From Antedon mediterranea (taxonomy: Eukaryota; Animalia; Echinodermata), in the NCBI RefSeq assembly GCF_964355755.1, contig NC_092679.1:17591432-17655431 (forward strand): a DNA stretch of 64,000 bases. The letters are read 5' to 3'. Position 1 is the stretch's first letter, and every line of letters starts with the position of its first letter. This document shows positions 11,886 to 24,344 of this stretch, one piece after another. The notes beneath the pieces are model-generated. The model made no database searches and had not been told where the DNA came from. It saw nothing but the letters and a program-made list of their open reading frames with translations. The position numbers and the translations under genes were made by a program.

Positions 11886-12668
11886 CTTTTAAATTTAATT
11901 AATCTATGCTTTATACATTTTGTATGTTTATTTTTGTAATATTACTTATTATATATAAAATATAACTTTACATTACAGATCTATTGTACTGTTTAAAATT
12001 AAAAGAAGTAAACAGAATATTTATAATCACAATCATTTATTACGTGTGTTTGCAATTACATTTAACAACAACAGAAAAGAAAACAAATTAAGTTAAGTCG
12101 ATAAATAAATTTACCGTGAATTAAAGTAGGAAAACTACTTTTACAAATTTACACTGACAGTAAATTAAGTCAAAACATAGGCCTAATTAATTTAATTTCA
12201 TTAAACAAATCTATTGCAATACACAATTCACAAACATAATAATAATTTAACAGAAAAGAAAACAAATTATTTTCCGGGCCGATTCCTTGTACCATAACAA
12301 CTAACCTTTCAGGCTCAGGTACAATTGTTTGATCAAACTACATCGGGTGAATAACGAGAGAAGGAATTAAAGTAAGACAATATGTATATAATACGCGTGG
12401 AATCTAACACACGGTTACGAATTCTAGTTATATCATTATTACGATGATCGGGAATCTATAAAATACTACAAACATAACGATAAAATGGAGTTTGAGCAAA
12501 TATTGATCATGCCAACATGAACGGGTAAAACTAAATACAATACAACAGTAATTGAAATTAAAATAAAACACTTGACAAATCATTGACAATAAAACTATTT
12601 TCTTTTCAATACGTTCATGACAATACCGCTTGAAAAAATCGCTACATCATTTTTGAATGGTAGAGAGT

Positions 12669-12813
12669 GAGATTTTGGTTTACGGGTTATTTTGTTAGGA
12701 TTAGTTGTTGTTATTTTTTCCAGTCCGATTCCTTGTACCATGCTACCAACTATTTCAAAATTGACTTCCTTTGATTTTTGGAAATTTAAAGTCAAACAGT
12801 TTGTCTGAATCAA
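12669..12813 (-). pseudogene. Mirror copy of the probable pPolB C-terminal fragment (right arm)
   Basis: ORF 12595..12813 is identical in translation to 10201..10419. Confidence 0.55.
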
Positions 12814-12825
12814 ATTTTATACACG

Positions 12826-13065
12826 TTATTTTTCCAAATCCATTCCCCATTGTTCATCAATAACACTTACAAGTACCCAGTTTCGTTTGAATTTACGTTG
12901 AATGGATTTGTGTAATGTATATGTATCTTGCTTGCTCAGTCAGTCTTGAACTTGTCTCTTGGTAATATTTAAATCGTATTTTACATTTTGATAAAGTCGG
13001 TCCACACCACCAAAACTATCAGGATGCTTAGGATCGTAATATACTTTTCTTAAGTACTCATCCAT
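12826..13065 (-). pseudogene. Mirror copy of the integrase N-terminal remnant (right arm)
   Basis: Reverse complement of 9949-10188, including the same premature TGA. Confidence 0.88.
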
Positions 13066-13318
13066 ACTCATTACCCTCATTCACCCAAATGAAAATTTAA
13101 AAAATAAATAAAATACTTAAATAACACGCAAAGATCAAATTCATTTTCGTTGTTGTTGCTATTAAAAGAAAAACCACAACCTTTATTTTAACACATATTC
13201 TATTTCAATATAATTTACAACCATAATAATAATAAATTTACCGAAAAGAAATAAGAATTATAAAAATATGTAACATTAATTAGAAAAGTGTTAAGATATT
13301 ATTTTAAATTTGTACAAA

Positions 13319-14047
13319 TTACAATTGGTAAAGAATCTTATTAAAAAGTTCTGAATCATTTGTAATCAACTTTATGGCTTTAGCAAACGCATCAACATTT
13401 ATACAACGTAAATGAAAGTAGTTTAGCGCCCATTCAAAATGGGTAGCGATATTGTCCACAAGTTTCAATGCCAGAATTGGTCGAAAAAATGTTAGGAGTT
13501 GTTCATATCTTGAGCCGTGAAAGTTATAACGTTCAACCATGTCCTTCAGAATGAATATAAATTCTTCTATGAAAACCTTCTCAATTGTTCTCATTATTTC
13601 TTTGTACTCAAGTTCGGTAGTTTCTTTCTTAATCTCCGCCTCCAGCACAGGGTTCAGGTACTCTTCCGCAAACACCCCATCTTCTACCTCATCTTCTACA
13701 TCGGCTTTTCTTGCCAGAAATAGGTGGTAGTCAACTACCGATGACGTGTCGTCGTATAAAATCCTCTCCTCTTCAGAAATTATTCTCGATATATAATGTT
13801 CGTCTTCTTCAGTATTAGATACATTATTGAAATCAACGTTCATTGGAGGTGGGGGTTGAATCGCCATTAAACACGTCATATCCCCCATCTCTTCCCTCAT
13901 CTCTTCCTCCTCCTCTGCTGTAAAATAGGCACCAGTCATAGCTAGTATGTCTTCGTCTTCAAATTCTGAATCACTGCTTATATATATAACATCTTCTTCG
14001 ACATCAGAGTCCATAGTAAGATCAATGATTTCAATCACGGAAACCAT
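13319..14047 (-). CDS. Intact acidic 242-aa SIM-motif accessory protein (right-arm copy)
   Basis: Near-identical to 8994..9695, with an in-frame 27-bp extra segment and two amino-acid substitutions (V/L, S/I). Confidence 0.75.
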   Translation of the reverse strand: MVSVIEIIDLTMDSDVEEDVIYISSDSEFEDEDILAMTGAYFTAEEEEEMREEMGDMTCLMAIQPPPPMNVDFNNVSNTEEDEHYISRIISEEERILYDDTSSVVDYHLFLARKADVEDEVEDGVFAEEYLNPVLEAEIKKETTELEYKEIMRTIEKVFIEEFIFILKDMVERYNFHGSRYEQLLTFFRPILALKLVDNIATHFEWALNYFHLRCINVDAFAKAIKLITNDSELFNKILYQL

Positions 14048-14234
14048 AGTAACTAGTTGTTGGTTTTTGGTCTGTCTTGTCGAGCGCTGTAGCGTTGTAG
14101 AATGAGGTAAAGATTACAAAATAATCGAGAGTTATATACAGTCAAAGGATTACATTCGGCATTTACTAAATTTGTTTCAGCCAATTGTCATTGTTGTATT
14201 TCCTGTCGGAACATTGGTCGAAGTGCAATCATAC

Positions 14235-14695
14235 TCATAAATCATTTTCTTCTTCGTCTAAATTACCTCTTTTGTTTCTTGCAATGCGGCAAATTTCTGC
14301 AACTGCCATGTCATTCTCTAATTGAAGTGTTTCTTCCCTTTCGTTATTACTACTTTCAATCAAAATACCGTACTGTAATACAAAATGTTGTTTATACAGT
14401 ATTAGACTAAATATCATATATTATTACCATTTTAAAAATAAATTTATAGAAATAGTAACTTACCATTTCATTACATAATTCGTTCTGATCATCAATTAAC
14501 TCTTCTATACATCGAATCTGAAAATTAAATAACAAGACCCCATGTAACAGACAGAACAAATTAAATCTTAATAACATTTGGAAAATAATATACGTAAATT
14601 TCTTTTTTTTTTCTTGTACAAATTGATTCAACTTACCAATTCATCGTTGTCATCAAGAATTTCTGACAAAAATTCCTCGTTACCACTAAGACTGC
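14235..14695 (-). pseudogene. Mirror copy of the spliced acidic IxCxE gene fragment (right arm)
   Basis: Reverse complement of 8350-8806 with the splice sites retained. Confidence 0.55.
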
Positions 14696-15195
14696 TGTTT
14701 TCAAATTATTGTTCATTACCGGTATGCACGTTAGAATTAATCTTTTAACCTCGTGTAACGGTAATACTTTGGAACTAGTACTAGAGTTTGAGTGACTTCG
14801 ATGTAATTGAAAACACTGACATAGAATTTCAAATAATACCCCTCCCCCCCCCCCGATATTTAAACATAACAAATTAATTTATGCATGACATCAGAAGATT
14901 ACCTTTTATTTACTTAATTGTACATACTTAAATAACCTTTATTTTCAAATCCTAAATATCCGGAAGAAAATGCCTTATGTCTTTGGATTATGTCGCCAAA
15001 GATCAAGCAAGACATACTTATTATATCACTTCATTATAGTCTTCTTTTTATTTTTGTCTTTGTTATAAAATACCCCGTATTAATTATATGTCGGAAGACA
15101 CCTTTAACATATATTGTTATATGCCCCGAAACACAATAACTATTGTTTCATACTTCCTAGTAATTTGTTTTTCAGTAATTTGTACATCTGACTTA

Positions 15196-18100
15196 TCTAT
15201 ATATAAATTTACGTAAGGGCAAAATTCGGTAAATCGCGCCTTACTTCTAGAATTTTCACTCGATGGTATGTAAAGTTGGTTCGTACTTTCGGTACTGATT
15301 TTAACCGCCTGATGTAACCCTGTTTACTAATTAAATTGAGTTAAATAATTAGTTATTGACGATTAAAACGAATTTAGGTTAAACGATTTGCCCCAAATAG
15401 GGGTGTTTTCCGATCGTGGTATACACTGTCTAATGGATGTCCGTCTTGAAAAATACCCGCCAAAAAAATGCGAGGAGGCTTCGCATTTTTCTATCTCCTC
15501 CTACGATAATTGTTTTTAATTGCTGAAAACCGGTTGAACAGCTAGAGTACACCATCATAATGTTGAAGACAGGCCGATTTTCTTTAAAAAATACTATTTT
15601 GATAGATTTAATATACGATTATACAAATGTATTGATTTGCGATGAATGGAACATCCCAATCTCTCAGTCTGCCAGAGTTTGGTTTAACACAAGTACTGTA
15701 GGTAAATTTATGAGCCCTTGAACACATACGGTAGGTAAATATATGGGCCCTTTGAGAATAAACTTGCAATACTTTGACAATACTGTAAATACCTATTAAC
15801 TATTTTTGGTCCTCATTTGAATCGAGCATTTCTTAGAATGTTCGTACTGTTAGATGTAATATAAAAATATATACAAATAAACTTTATTACTGAGACTGTG
15901 GATAGGCTCTACTGTTAGATATACAAATAAACTTTATACTGACAGTTCCTTCTCAACGTTTGTATTAATTAATAATTACCAAAAATATAAACGTCGTAGT
16001 GGTGTATCGTGACATGTACTTTAATATTTCAATTGATTATGACAGTGATAGTTTTAACAAAGTATTAAATCGCAAATGTTTTAGGCCTACTGTATTTAGA
16101 GGTATATTATTTATAGGCCTATAAAACATGAACAAAATATTTCGTTACTCAGTGGATAAAGAATATATTTAAAAATTGTTCCTCTTTGTACCTATCCGCT
16201 TTCCCATCCCTCAACCCTAATGTTACATAGCGAGGAGGCTTCGCATTTTCTTATCTCCTCCTACGATAATTGTTTTTAATAGCTGAAAACCGGTTGAACA
16301 GCTAGAGTACACCATCATAATGTTGAAGACAGGCCGATTTTCTTTAAAAAATACTATTTTGATAGATTGCTAGAGTACACCATCATAATGTTGAAGACAG
16401 GCCGATTTTCTTTAAAAAATACTATTTTGATAGATTTAATATACGATTATACAAATGTATTGATTTGCGATGAATGGAACATCCCAATCTCTCAGTCTGC
16501 CAGAGTTTGGTTTAACACAAGTACTGTAGGTAAATTTATGAGCCCTTGGTTTAACACATACGGTAGGTAAATATATGGGCCCTTTGAGAATAAACTTGCA
16601 ATAGGTTCGGAAAATGTTAAAAACCAATTTCTATTATTTGAATCGGTAAACAGTTTCCATTTATTATACATTGATAATGAAACATGAAATATTCCTATTT
16701 ATGTCCCTCGAGGTTCATTACAATTTATATTTAGTAGTCCCACGGACTTCATCTTAGCCACTCCCCCGAGTTCTAAGGCCAAATTTATGATACCCTACTT
16801 TCTATGTAAGTTTAGTTACAGTTAGTTCTTGACGATAATACAACGAATTTAGGTTACACCCTTCGGCCGCGAAAACGTTTCTGTACAAATATGATACCGA
16901 TTGGCTTTATTTCATTCAACAGCGACCATAATCTCGCCAATTACAGGATAGATAAACTATTTTATTATTGATGTGCTTATAAATTAAGACTCATGTAAAC
17001 AGCTTGATTACATCATTTTACAGACAAACGAAACTTTTAAACCTACTGTTTCAATAACTGAGTATAATACTGTATACGTTTTCATAAGTAAGTGCATATA
17101 CATTTTCGTGTTTTCATTGACGAGATTGTAATAGTAACTTCAGTAACTATTACAGTACTTATTTATTATACGATACAAGACAATTGTATCTGACAGGTAC
17201 GTACATTATTCTAAAAAATAAGTCTAGATAGATCCCTTAGGCGTCATAAATCACAGGCCAACAAATCAGTACTCATGACAGAAATTCGACCCAGTTTGGT
17301 TCACACAAATGTTTACAGGAATTTCAACACCACAACCGATGATTTGCCCTAAATATTTAGGTAGACTACAGTTTAATTTTTCACTGAATAGGAGCTTGCA
17401 TTTCCGATTTTCATTTCGCAGAATGTCTAGGTCTATTTATTTAGTTTGGTTCTTATAATATATAAATACAATCAACTTTATTACTGCGGTTCCATCACCA
17501 CCACCACGTGTCGCCCAATTCCCGTACATACATTTCCATTTCTCCCTAATTTCTTTAATCTATATATAAATTTACGTAAGGGCAAAATTCGGTAAATCGC
17601 GCGTTATTTCTAGAATGTGTACTCGATGGTATATAAAGTTGGTTATAATCTCGGTACTGATTTTAACCACCTGATGTAACCCTGTTTACTAATTAAATTT
17701 AGTTAGATAATTAGTTATTGACGATTAAAACGAATTTAGGTTCAACCATTTGCCCCAAATAGGGGTGTTTTCCGATCGTGGTATACACTGTCTAATGGAT
17801 GTCCTCATGAAAAATACCTGTACACAATAATACGAGGATACTTCGCATTTTCCTATCTCCTCCTACGATAATTGCTTTTAATAGCTGAAAACCGGTTGAA
17901 CAGCTCGAGTAGAGTATCATAATGTTGAAGACAGGCCGATTTTCTTTAAAAAATACTATTTTGATAGATTTAATATACGTTTATACAAATGTATTGATTT
18001 GCGATGAATGGAACATTCCAAATTATTTGGTTTAACCATGCTTGCATACCTCCATGATTTAACACAAGTAGGTCAATTTATGGGCCCTTTGAGAATAAAC

Positions 18101-18965
18101 ATAAATAGTATTGTAAAGCTATACAATACTGTAAATAGGTATTAACCACTTTTGATAGCCATTTGAATCGCAAATTTCTTATTGTGTGCGTTGGTAGGCC
18201 TACTGTTTATTATAATATAAACAAATATACTAATAAACTTTATTACTGTGAGTGTGGGTAGCCCCTACTTTTAGATTATAAACACATAATAATATAATAC
18301 TTTATTACTGACAGTTGCTTCACAACGTTTGTATTAATTAATAATTACAAAAAAATATAAACGTCGTGGTGGTGTATCGTTACATGTACTTTACTATTTC
18401 AATCGACTATGACAGTGACAATTTTAACAGTTATTAAATCGGAAATGTTTTACTCTATTTAGTGTTATGTTATTTATAGGCCTATTAAAAAAAAAACCCA
18501 ACCCTCAATAATGTTAGATACAAAATACAAATTGGGTTTGTTTAAACATTTGGACTCATTTTGTGAGAAGTTTCTCTTTTGGAAGTAATTCGCACGGTGC
18601 TAATTTTGGTTGACTACATAAATACATAAATAAATGTTTTATAGTCATGCGGTACGTAGGCCTACATTTTGAAATCGCCAGTTTTTTTACGCTGAAATTA
18701 CTATGTATTCGATAACCATATGTGGGCACGACCTAGATGGTACGCGAGCGAAGCGAGCGTACCATCTAGTCCACATAAATTAATTGTCCTTTATGGAATT
18801 CAGTATTGGTTTTGTTGTCTCTATTTCTGAATACCCCAATTAGGGGGACACTTCCGTTTTTGTTTAGTGTCCCAAAAAAGTCCCCGTCCGTGGATTCTAC
18901 TGTATTCGAGAACCATCTGTGAGCACCCCTAGATGGTACGCGAGCGAAGCGAGCGTGCCATCTAG
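15196..18965 (+). mobile_element. Non-autonomous Helitron inserted in the right arm
   Basis: Starts TC at 15196 and ends CTAG at 18965 after the hairpin gatggtacgc-gagcgaagcga-gcgtgccatc. It is inserted between A and T with no TSD; the left arm shows the empty site (acttatacttac on the reverse strand). Confidence 0.9.
17559..18769 (+). mobile_element. Second Helitron of the same family nested inside the first
   Basis: The same 5' end tctatatataaatttacgtaagggc occurs at 17559 after an A, and the same hairpin plus CTAG ends at 18769 before a T. Confidence 0.85.
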
Positions 18966-20265
18966 TACTTACAATTTTGCCTATATTTTGCCTGTAAACG
19001 CTATTTAAACTATTCATTCTTATCTTTTTGTTTTAGTCATTGTTATAATATCCGGATCAAATAACTTATGTCTTTGTATTATGTCGGCATACATCAAGCA
19101 AAAACCTCAATTAACTAGTTTTAATTAACCAGGTGCATCTTTATTGAATCCATGACTAATTCAAATCTTACAAAAACTATATTGTCTCACTTCCTTACCC
19201 TATGTTAACCATTGTATTATAATCCGAAACATAACACCTATTGACTTCAACCAATGTAAACCATTTGTTCTCATCACAAGCAACTAAATCACCATATCAT
19301 TTTTATTTAATATTTATTAATTTTATATTATAATGTATATTAATATATAACAAATCTATATAACAATTCTAGTTAAATGATATACTCTATTGTCTTATAC
19401 TATCCCCATTGTTAACCATTGTTATAACCACGACTGACTAGGCCTCCATGTACACTACTCATTCATTATTTTTTTTATATAACATCTAAATAGATTCCTG
19501 TCATTTGAATCAAATTAAAGGTAGCCCTAGCCTGGCCTTCATTTAATTCACATTGGCCTAGCCTAATAATAACAGACCTAGTACACAATAGGTGGCGCTG
19601 TTGAAGTTCAAAGGCAATAGTCCGTAAAAAACAAAATATTTCCAAACGCGAAAACGCGAAAAGATTTTTTTTCCGTACACGAAAAAAAGTACTAGTAAAC
19701 AATCGTTTAATAGTGCGTACTATTGAACGCCATGTGACCCACATTCGTTCAATCAATTGACAGGAATCTATTTAGGTGTTATATAATATCCTTTATAAGT
19801 ATCCTATAAACTTGATTAAAGGGTAGCTCCGGCTTCTACAGAGTCAACTTCTTTGGATCGACAAAAAGAATATTAATTTTTATCTTATCGTAATATTTAT
19901 GTAGCACCATTTTTCCGTTCTGCTTAACCGCTGACGAAAAACAAGTGAGGTTTTTTTTTTATCAATGTTGTTCCAAACTTTTATATTTTATAATAAACAA
20001 TAGAAAGTAGTCCGGAACTACTTTTTAAGCATCCTTTTTTTTTAAACTTGATTAATTACATAATAATACTTTCATGATATTAGTAAAACATTGAAGTAGC
20101 TAAATTAGCATTGTCACCATAGAGATTATAATGTTGTAACTAGTGACAATTCAAGCGTGGCACAATGCTGGTAATTAATTTAATAATGAATATTATACAA
20201 TATAGTGACTGTTAGTTGAATGGAGAGTGCAACAGTCAACGAATAGCAATATTCGTTCCATTTAA

Positions 20266-20563
20266 AGATGTATTGTCCCCTAAAACATGAAAAATGAAGA
20301 TTAATTAAATCAGACTTTGAATAGGTTATTTTGTAGTTAATTTTTAAGTTAATCACTTTCATAGAAAAAAACCCCGGAAAAAATAATGTTTTCACTTATA
20401 AAATAACATAATAAATGGTTAAATTCAACCAAAAATCTATTGGCTGGCAGCAAATTTGACCATTTTTTGCCTTAAATTTAATTTTTTTTCAGGTAAATAT
20501 ATTTTTTTTTTCCGATCCAATTTGTAAAATGTAAAAATTATTTTTCAGGGGGACAATACATCT
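20266..20563. mobile_element. Kolobok-like MITE with TTAA TSD
   Basis: ttaa|agatgtattgtcccc ... ggggacaatacatct|ttaa. A related right end lies near 46290-46477. Confidence 0.75.
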
Positions 20564-21179
20564 TTAAAGAATCTACAACAAAACACACCACAGGCTTCAA
20601 GCCTTTAATCGACAAAAAATCCGCCATTTATATCTTGAACCGGATGCCAAGCTACCGGTTCACGCATTTTTTTTTTGGCCGCAGAGCAAAGCAATAATTA
20701 GACAGCGCACTATTTGGTTGCTAAATAGACTACAGTAAGTCCTATCTACCGGCCTAGCCTGTCGCATGGCACAAAAAGCTCAAAATTGGACAATGAATAC
20801 GAACGCAACAAATCAAATCATGACAAGGATATTGGGACTGGGACCATGATGTATGATTTCTACACCGCGCATGAATGATAGGCTTACCTTGCATCGTGGT
20901 GCCACTGATGATATACAGCAAAGTAGTTCGGGGAGGTTTATTTGTATACCTCCTGGGTTAGAAACTAGGCCTAGTAGTTAATAATGCAATTTACCCCGAG
21001 TGAACATTTTGTTATGGAAATAGATGTTATAGGATTCCTCGAATATCGTCAAGGCCGGATTTTATCTCCCAATTTTGTTTACGGCTATAGGCTAGGCCTA
21101 TTCAAGTGGTTATAACTCATTTCAATTTTCAGTTTTCATATTTTCTGGTTAAGGGTTGTTTTCATAACCAATACAGTAT

Positions 21180-23258
21180 TCAATAAAAATTGGAGGAAAT
21201 AAAAATGAATGTATTTCTAAATTCGTTTTGTGTATCAGAAGATGCGACACGACCACGTCTGCTTACAGTAAGAAAGCGCCCTCGTTTTACTTGGTCGCTA
21301 GAGGGCTCATTTGCAGGTCGATCGCGAATACCAATTCTGAATTGTATTAATGATTGAAAAGAAACGAAACATGAGCGCCGACTGAAGCTTTCTCGCCACA
21401 AAATATCGAAATTTTCTTCACACAGAATGTTTGACTCTGTATTCTGAAAAAAAAAAAGAGATATATTTATTATTATGCATCCTATATAATTTTAAAGTCA
21501 GCAATATTGGTCTAATGAATGTGTTTTTGAAAGATTCGAATAGTTTTCAAGCTGGTTTAACTATTTAGCTTGATTCACTTCTCATTGTTCTCATGAGATG
21601 AAACATTTTATAATAAAATTGTAAGGTATTTAAAATTTACTGGCTTTTTCCTAAATCATTTGATTATTATTTCTTCATCATACATAAGTTATGAGATTAA
21701 GATAGATACGTCTGTATATCAACTAACATTTGATTATTGTTTAATTGTTTCTGTTTGAAGATGAAAACTCATTTATATTTAGTGCTGGATTGACCTTTAT
21801 CGATTTTCGGTAACAACAGGCAAGAAAGTATTGAATATAAAGACACATGGATACTTACATTTCTAGCTGAAATCTTGCCATGTTTGTCCATGGACAGATA
21901 AAGACCAGTATCTGCACCCCGGATAATAAACAAACTAGGTCCAACAGCAAATGTTGTCACAAGAACTGAAATCAAATTTGATTTTTATATTTATTTTTTG
22001 TTAATATATATATTTAGGCAAATTGCCAAGGATAACCATAAGCGAATTCATTCACTATCCTTCTTAAAGGTTGTTCACAAGACAAACATAAACAAAGTCT
22101 TATTACAGGAGGTATTTGGGAGTGACGTTGTAATTTGTCATTATAAAACTCCTGACATTATGAACCCAGGACCCTTAAATTTGTAGCCAAGCATCATAAC
22201 CACCAAGCATCATAACCACCAAGCATCATAACCACCAAGCCACAACTTCACTATTTAGATTGGTCAGTTAAGCCTGGTTTCCATAAAATCGCTACACGAC
22301 AGAGCGTAGCGATTCTGTGGAAACGCTAGAATTTATCGGGGATCTAGTACGCGAGCGCTAAATATTCTTTGGTACGCGTATACTATTCATCGCCGACAAA
22401 ATCGGCAAAGTTGAACATGGTTGAACTTTGCCGATTTGACTGCGATGAATCGGGGAGCCTTCCCGATTGCGTCGGCGACATCCGTGCGTGTAGCGATTTT
22501 AATGGAAACGCTGTAGCGATTTTAATGGAAACCAGGCTTTACCAATTAGGTTAGAACCATACAGACATTATAGTGAACTAGGACTATTTTGTAGTTATAT
22601 AGTAGGTCTATTCTAAAACTGGAGGAGTATACAGTAGGTCTAAATTAGAACTGGTATTAGCGTAATAGTATACAATTTTAGTATGTATAGGATTAGGCCT
22701 AGTCCAGCTACTGTAAATGTAACTGGGGAAATAACCTGCGACTTGCAGCCTACTGGGCTGAATTGCAGAACTTCATTAGTACTTCTGAAGGGTGGATTAC
22801 CAACAAAACAGTCAGTTACTTAAAATAGTACAACTAAGCCAACTGAATAGCCAGTAGTGTGTAACGCCTTATTTTTCTGACTAACAACCGGATAGAAGAG
22901 TATTAGTATTATTATTTCCTGAAAAAACCACAGATAGTTCTAAGTAAATCAAATTCATTTGTCACTCACCGTATTTATCTTTACAGTTGGTAGTTCCACT
23001 GACACGGCCTTCAGGACCAATACGAAGAAAGAAACCATTTCGTGATAAAATCTTTTTCACAAATTGGTGGTTTTCGTTCACATTTGTAATATTGGAACCC
23101 ATCTCTTTACTTTCTGAATTTAGTCCGTCGTTGAAGTAATCAACGATTGAGTCGTTCATTTCACTTTGGACAGTTGGCTCAACCAAGAAACTTACTGCTT
23201 CTTCGATTCCCCAGCTGATAAAAGCCCACAACAAAACTATTTTCAGTACTGAATTCAT
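21180..23258 (-). CDS. Divergent secreted FGF-family protein, copy A; exons 23258-22970, 21965-21859, 21443-21180 (about 219 aa)
   Basis: Signal-peptide-like N-terminus; KILSRNGFFLRIGPEGRVSGT; IIRGADTGLYLSMDKHGKI; phase-1 and phase-0 GT-AG introns around a 107-nt middle exon, as in FGF genes. Confidence 0.88.
22271..22538. mobile_element. Harbinger-type MITE in FGF copy A intron 1
   Basis: TIR agcctggtttccat / atggaaaccaggct with TTA on both sides. Confidence 0.75.
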
Positions 23259-24344
23259 CTTTCATACAGTTCAAAAGTTCTGAAAAAAAGAGGAAACGTT
23301 GATACTGAGATAATAGGTAAAAAAAGATGTAATTTTTGTTTATTTGGTATGCATAAACAACAAAAGATAAAGATAAACGGGTATTGTAATTTTAAGTTAT
23401 TATGCTAATTAATTTGATTTAACTTTCCCGTGTAACTTTGTGGAACAGAAATATAATTGTAATTGGGAAAAAATCTGTGTCTGCATAGCTAGGTACTAAA
23501 GGCTCTAAAGACTTTACCACACTAAACATACTGCAATGCAGATCTACATAGCTACTATAGTAAAATATTGATATCATTGGACACCTCATACCATTCAGGG
23601 GACGTTGCTATTAAGGGGACACTTTTCACGAAACCAATCAAGTGAGTGAAATGTATTATACAGACAACCACTAAACCTACGATAGGGATGCCGAATACGC
23701 TTTGCGTGAGAGCTAAATAGACTCACCGTGCTCATGACAGTTGTAGTTAATTCACCAGCTTTTTGTACATATAAAATATGGAAAATAAAGCATCTGAATG
23801 ATAGACAAAAAAACCGGATACGTAACAGCAGGCTAAGACGAATGTGGACAAAGCCTTGACCAATACAGACCGGTTGATGTGGAAGGTGCGCAAGGACATG
23901 CTCAGGAAATGTCAGTGTGGGAGGTTATTAATTGATACAAGGAATAGATAAGTACTTAGCTTCTTGCTCAATACACGGAAAACAATCAATGCTAAAACAA
24001 AGTCTACAGCTGCAGGTTTTTCAATCGAGTAATCTGTATTTCCACAATATTTCATAGCAACTGATTTTCATTTGTTCATTGATTCCGTCATCACTGACGG
24101 TTCGAGACTGCAATGATGGATCGCAAATTAGATCGGTCTTCAGTAAGTTGATATATTATGTGTGTATAGGTTGTCCAATTAATTTACTTTTGTCGCAACT
24201 GATTTGACAAAAGATGCATTTTCTTGTATTGTTTTGTTAAAGTTTTAAAAAATGGAAAATATTGTTGCAGTATAAATTGTCTTCTCAAAAGGAAGAATGA
24301 TTTGAATTATTCTTAATTTATATGTCAGTGGAACTTTTCCGAAA

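Larger units (their letters stand above)
7361..19459. mobile_element. Non-autonomous Polinton/Maverick-derived element, giant palindrome with 6-bp TSD
   Basis: Starts AGTAGTGTACATGGAGGCC at 7361 and ends GGCCTCCATGTACACTACT at 19459, flanked by CATTCA at 7355-7360 and 19460-19465. It contains a Polinton-type integrase remnant. Arms are 7361-11126 and 11888-19459, the latter interrupted at 15196-18965. Confidence 0.93.
7201..19786. mobile_element. Older hairpin/MITE-like repeat split by the Polinton insertion (7201-7360 plus 19466-19786)
   Basis: An imperfect palindrome aataatgaatgttt...ggtacaaataatggca / tgccattatttgtacc...aaacattca|ttatt continues across the insertion. The right part has inverted ends tatataacatctaaatagattcctgtca / tgacaggaatctatttaggtgttatata. 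Confidence 0.6.

Noticed and set aside
7361-19459. Palindrome as a chimeric-read or assembly fold-back artefact
   Set aside because: The arms differ by SNPs, indels and a Helitron, the spacer is unique, and the ends coincide with Polinton termini and a 6-bp TSD.
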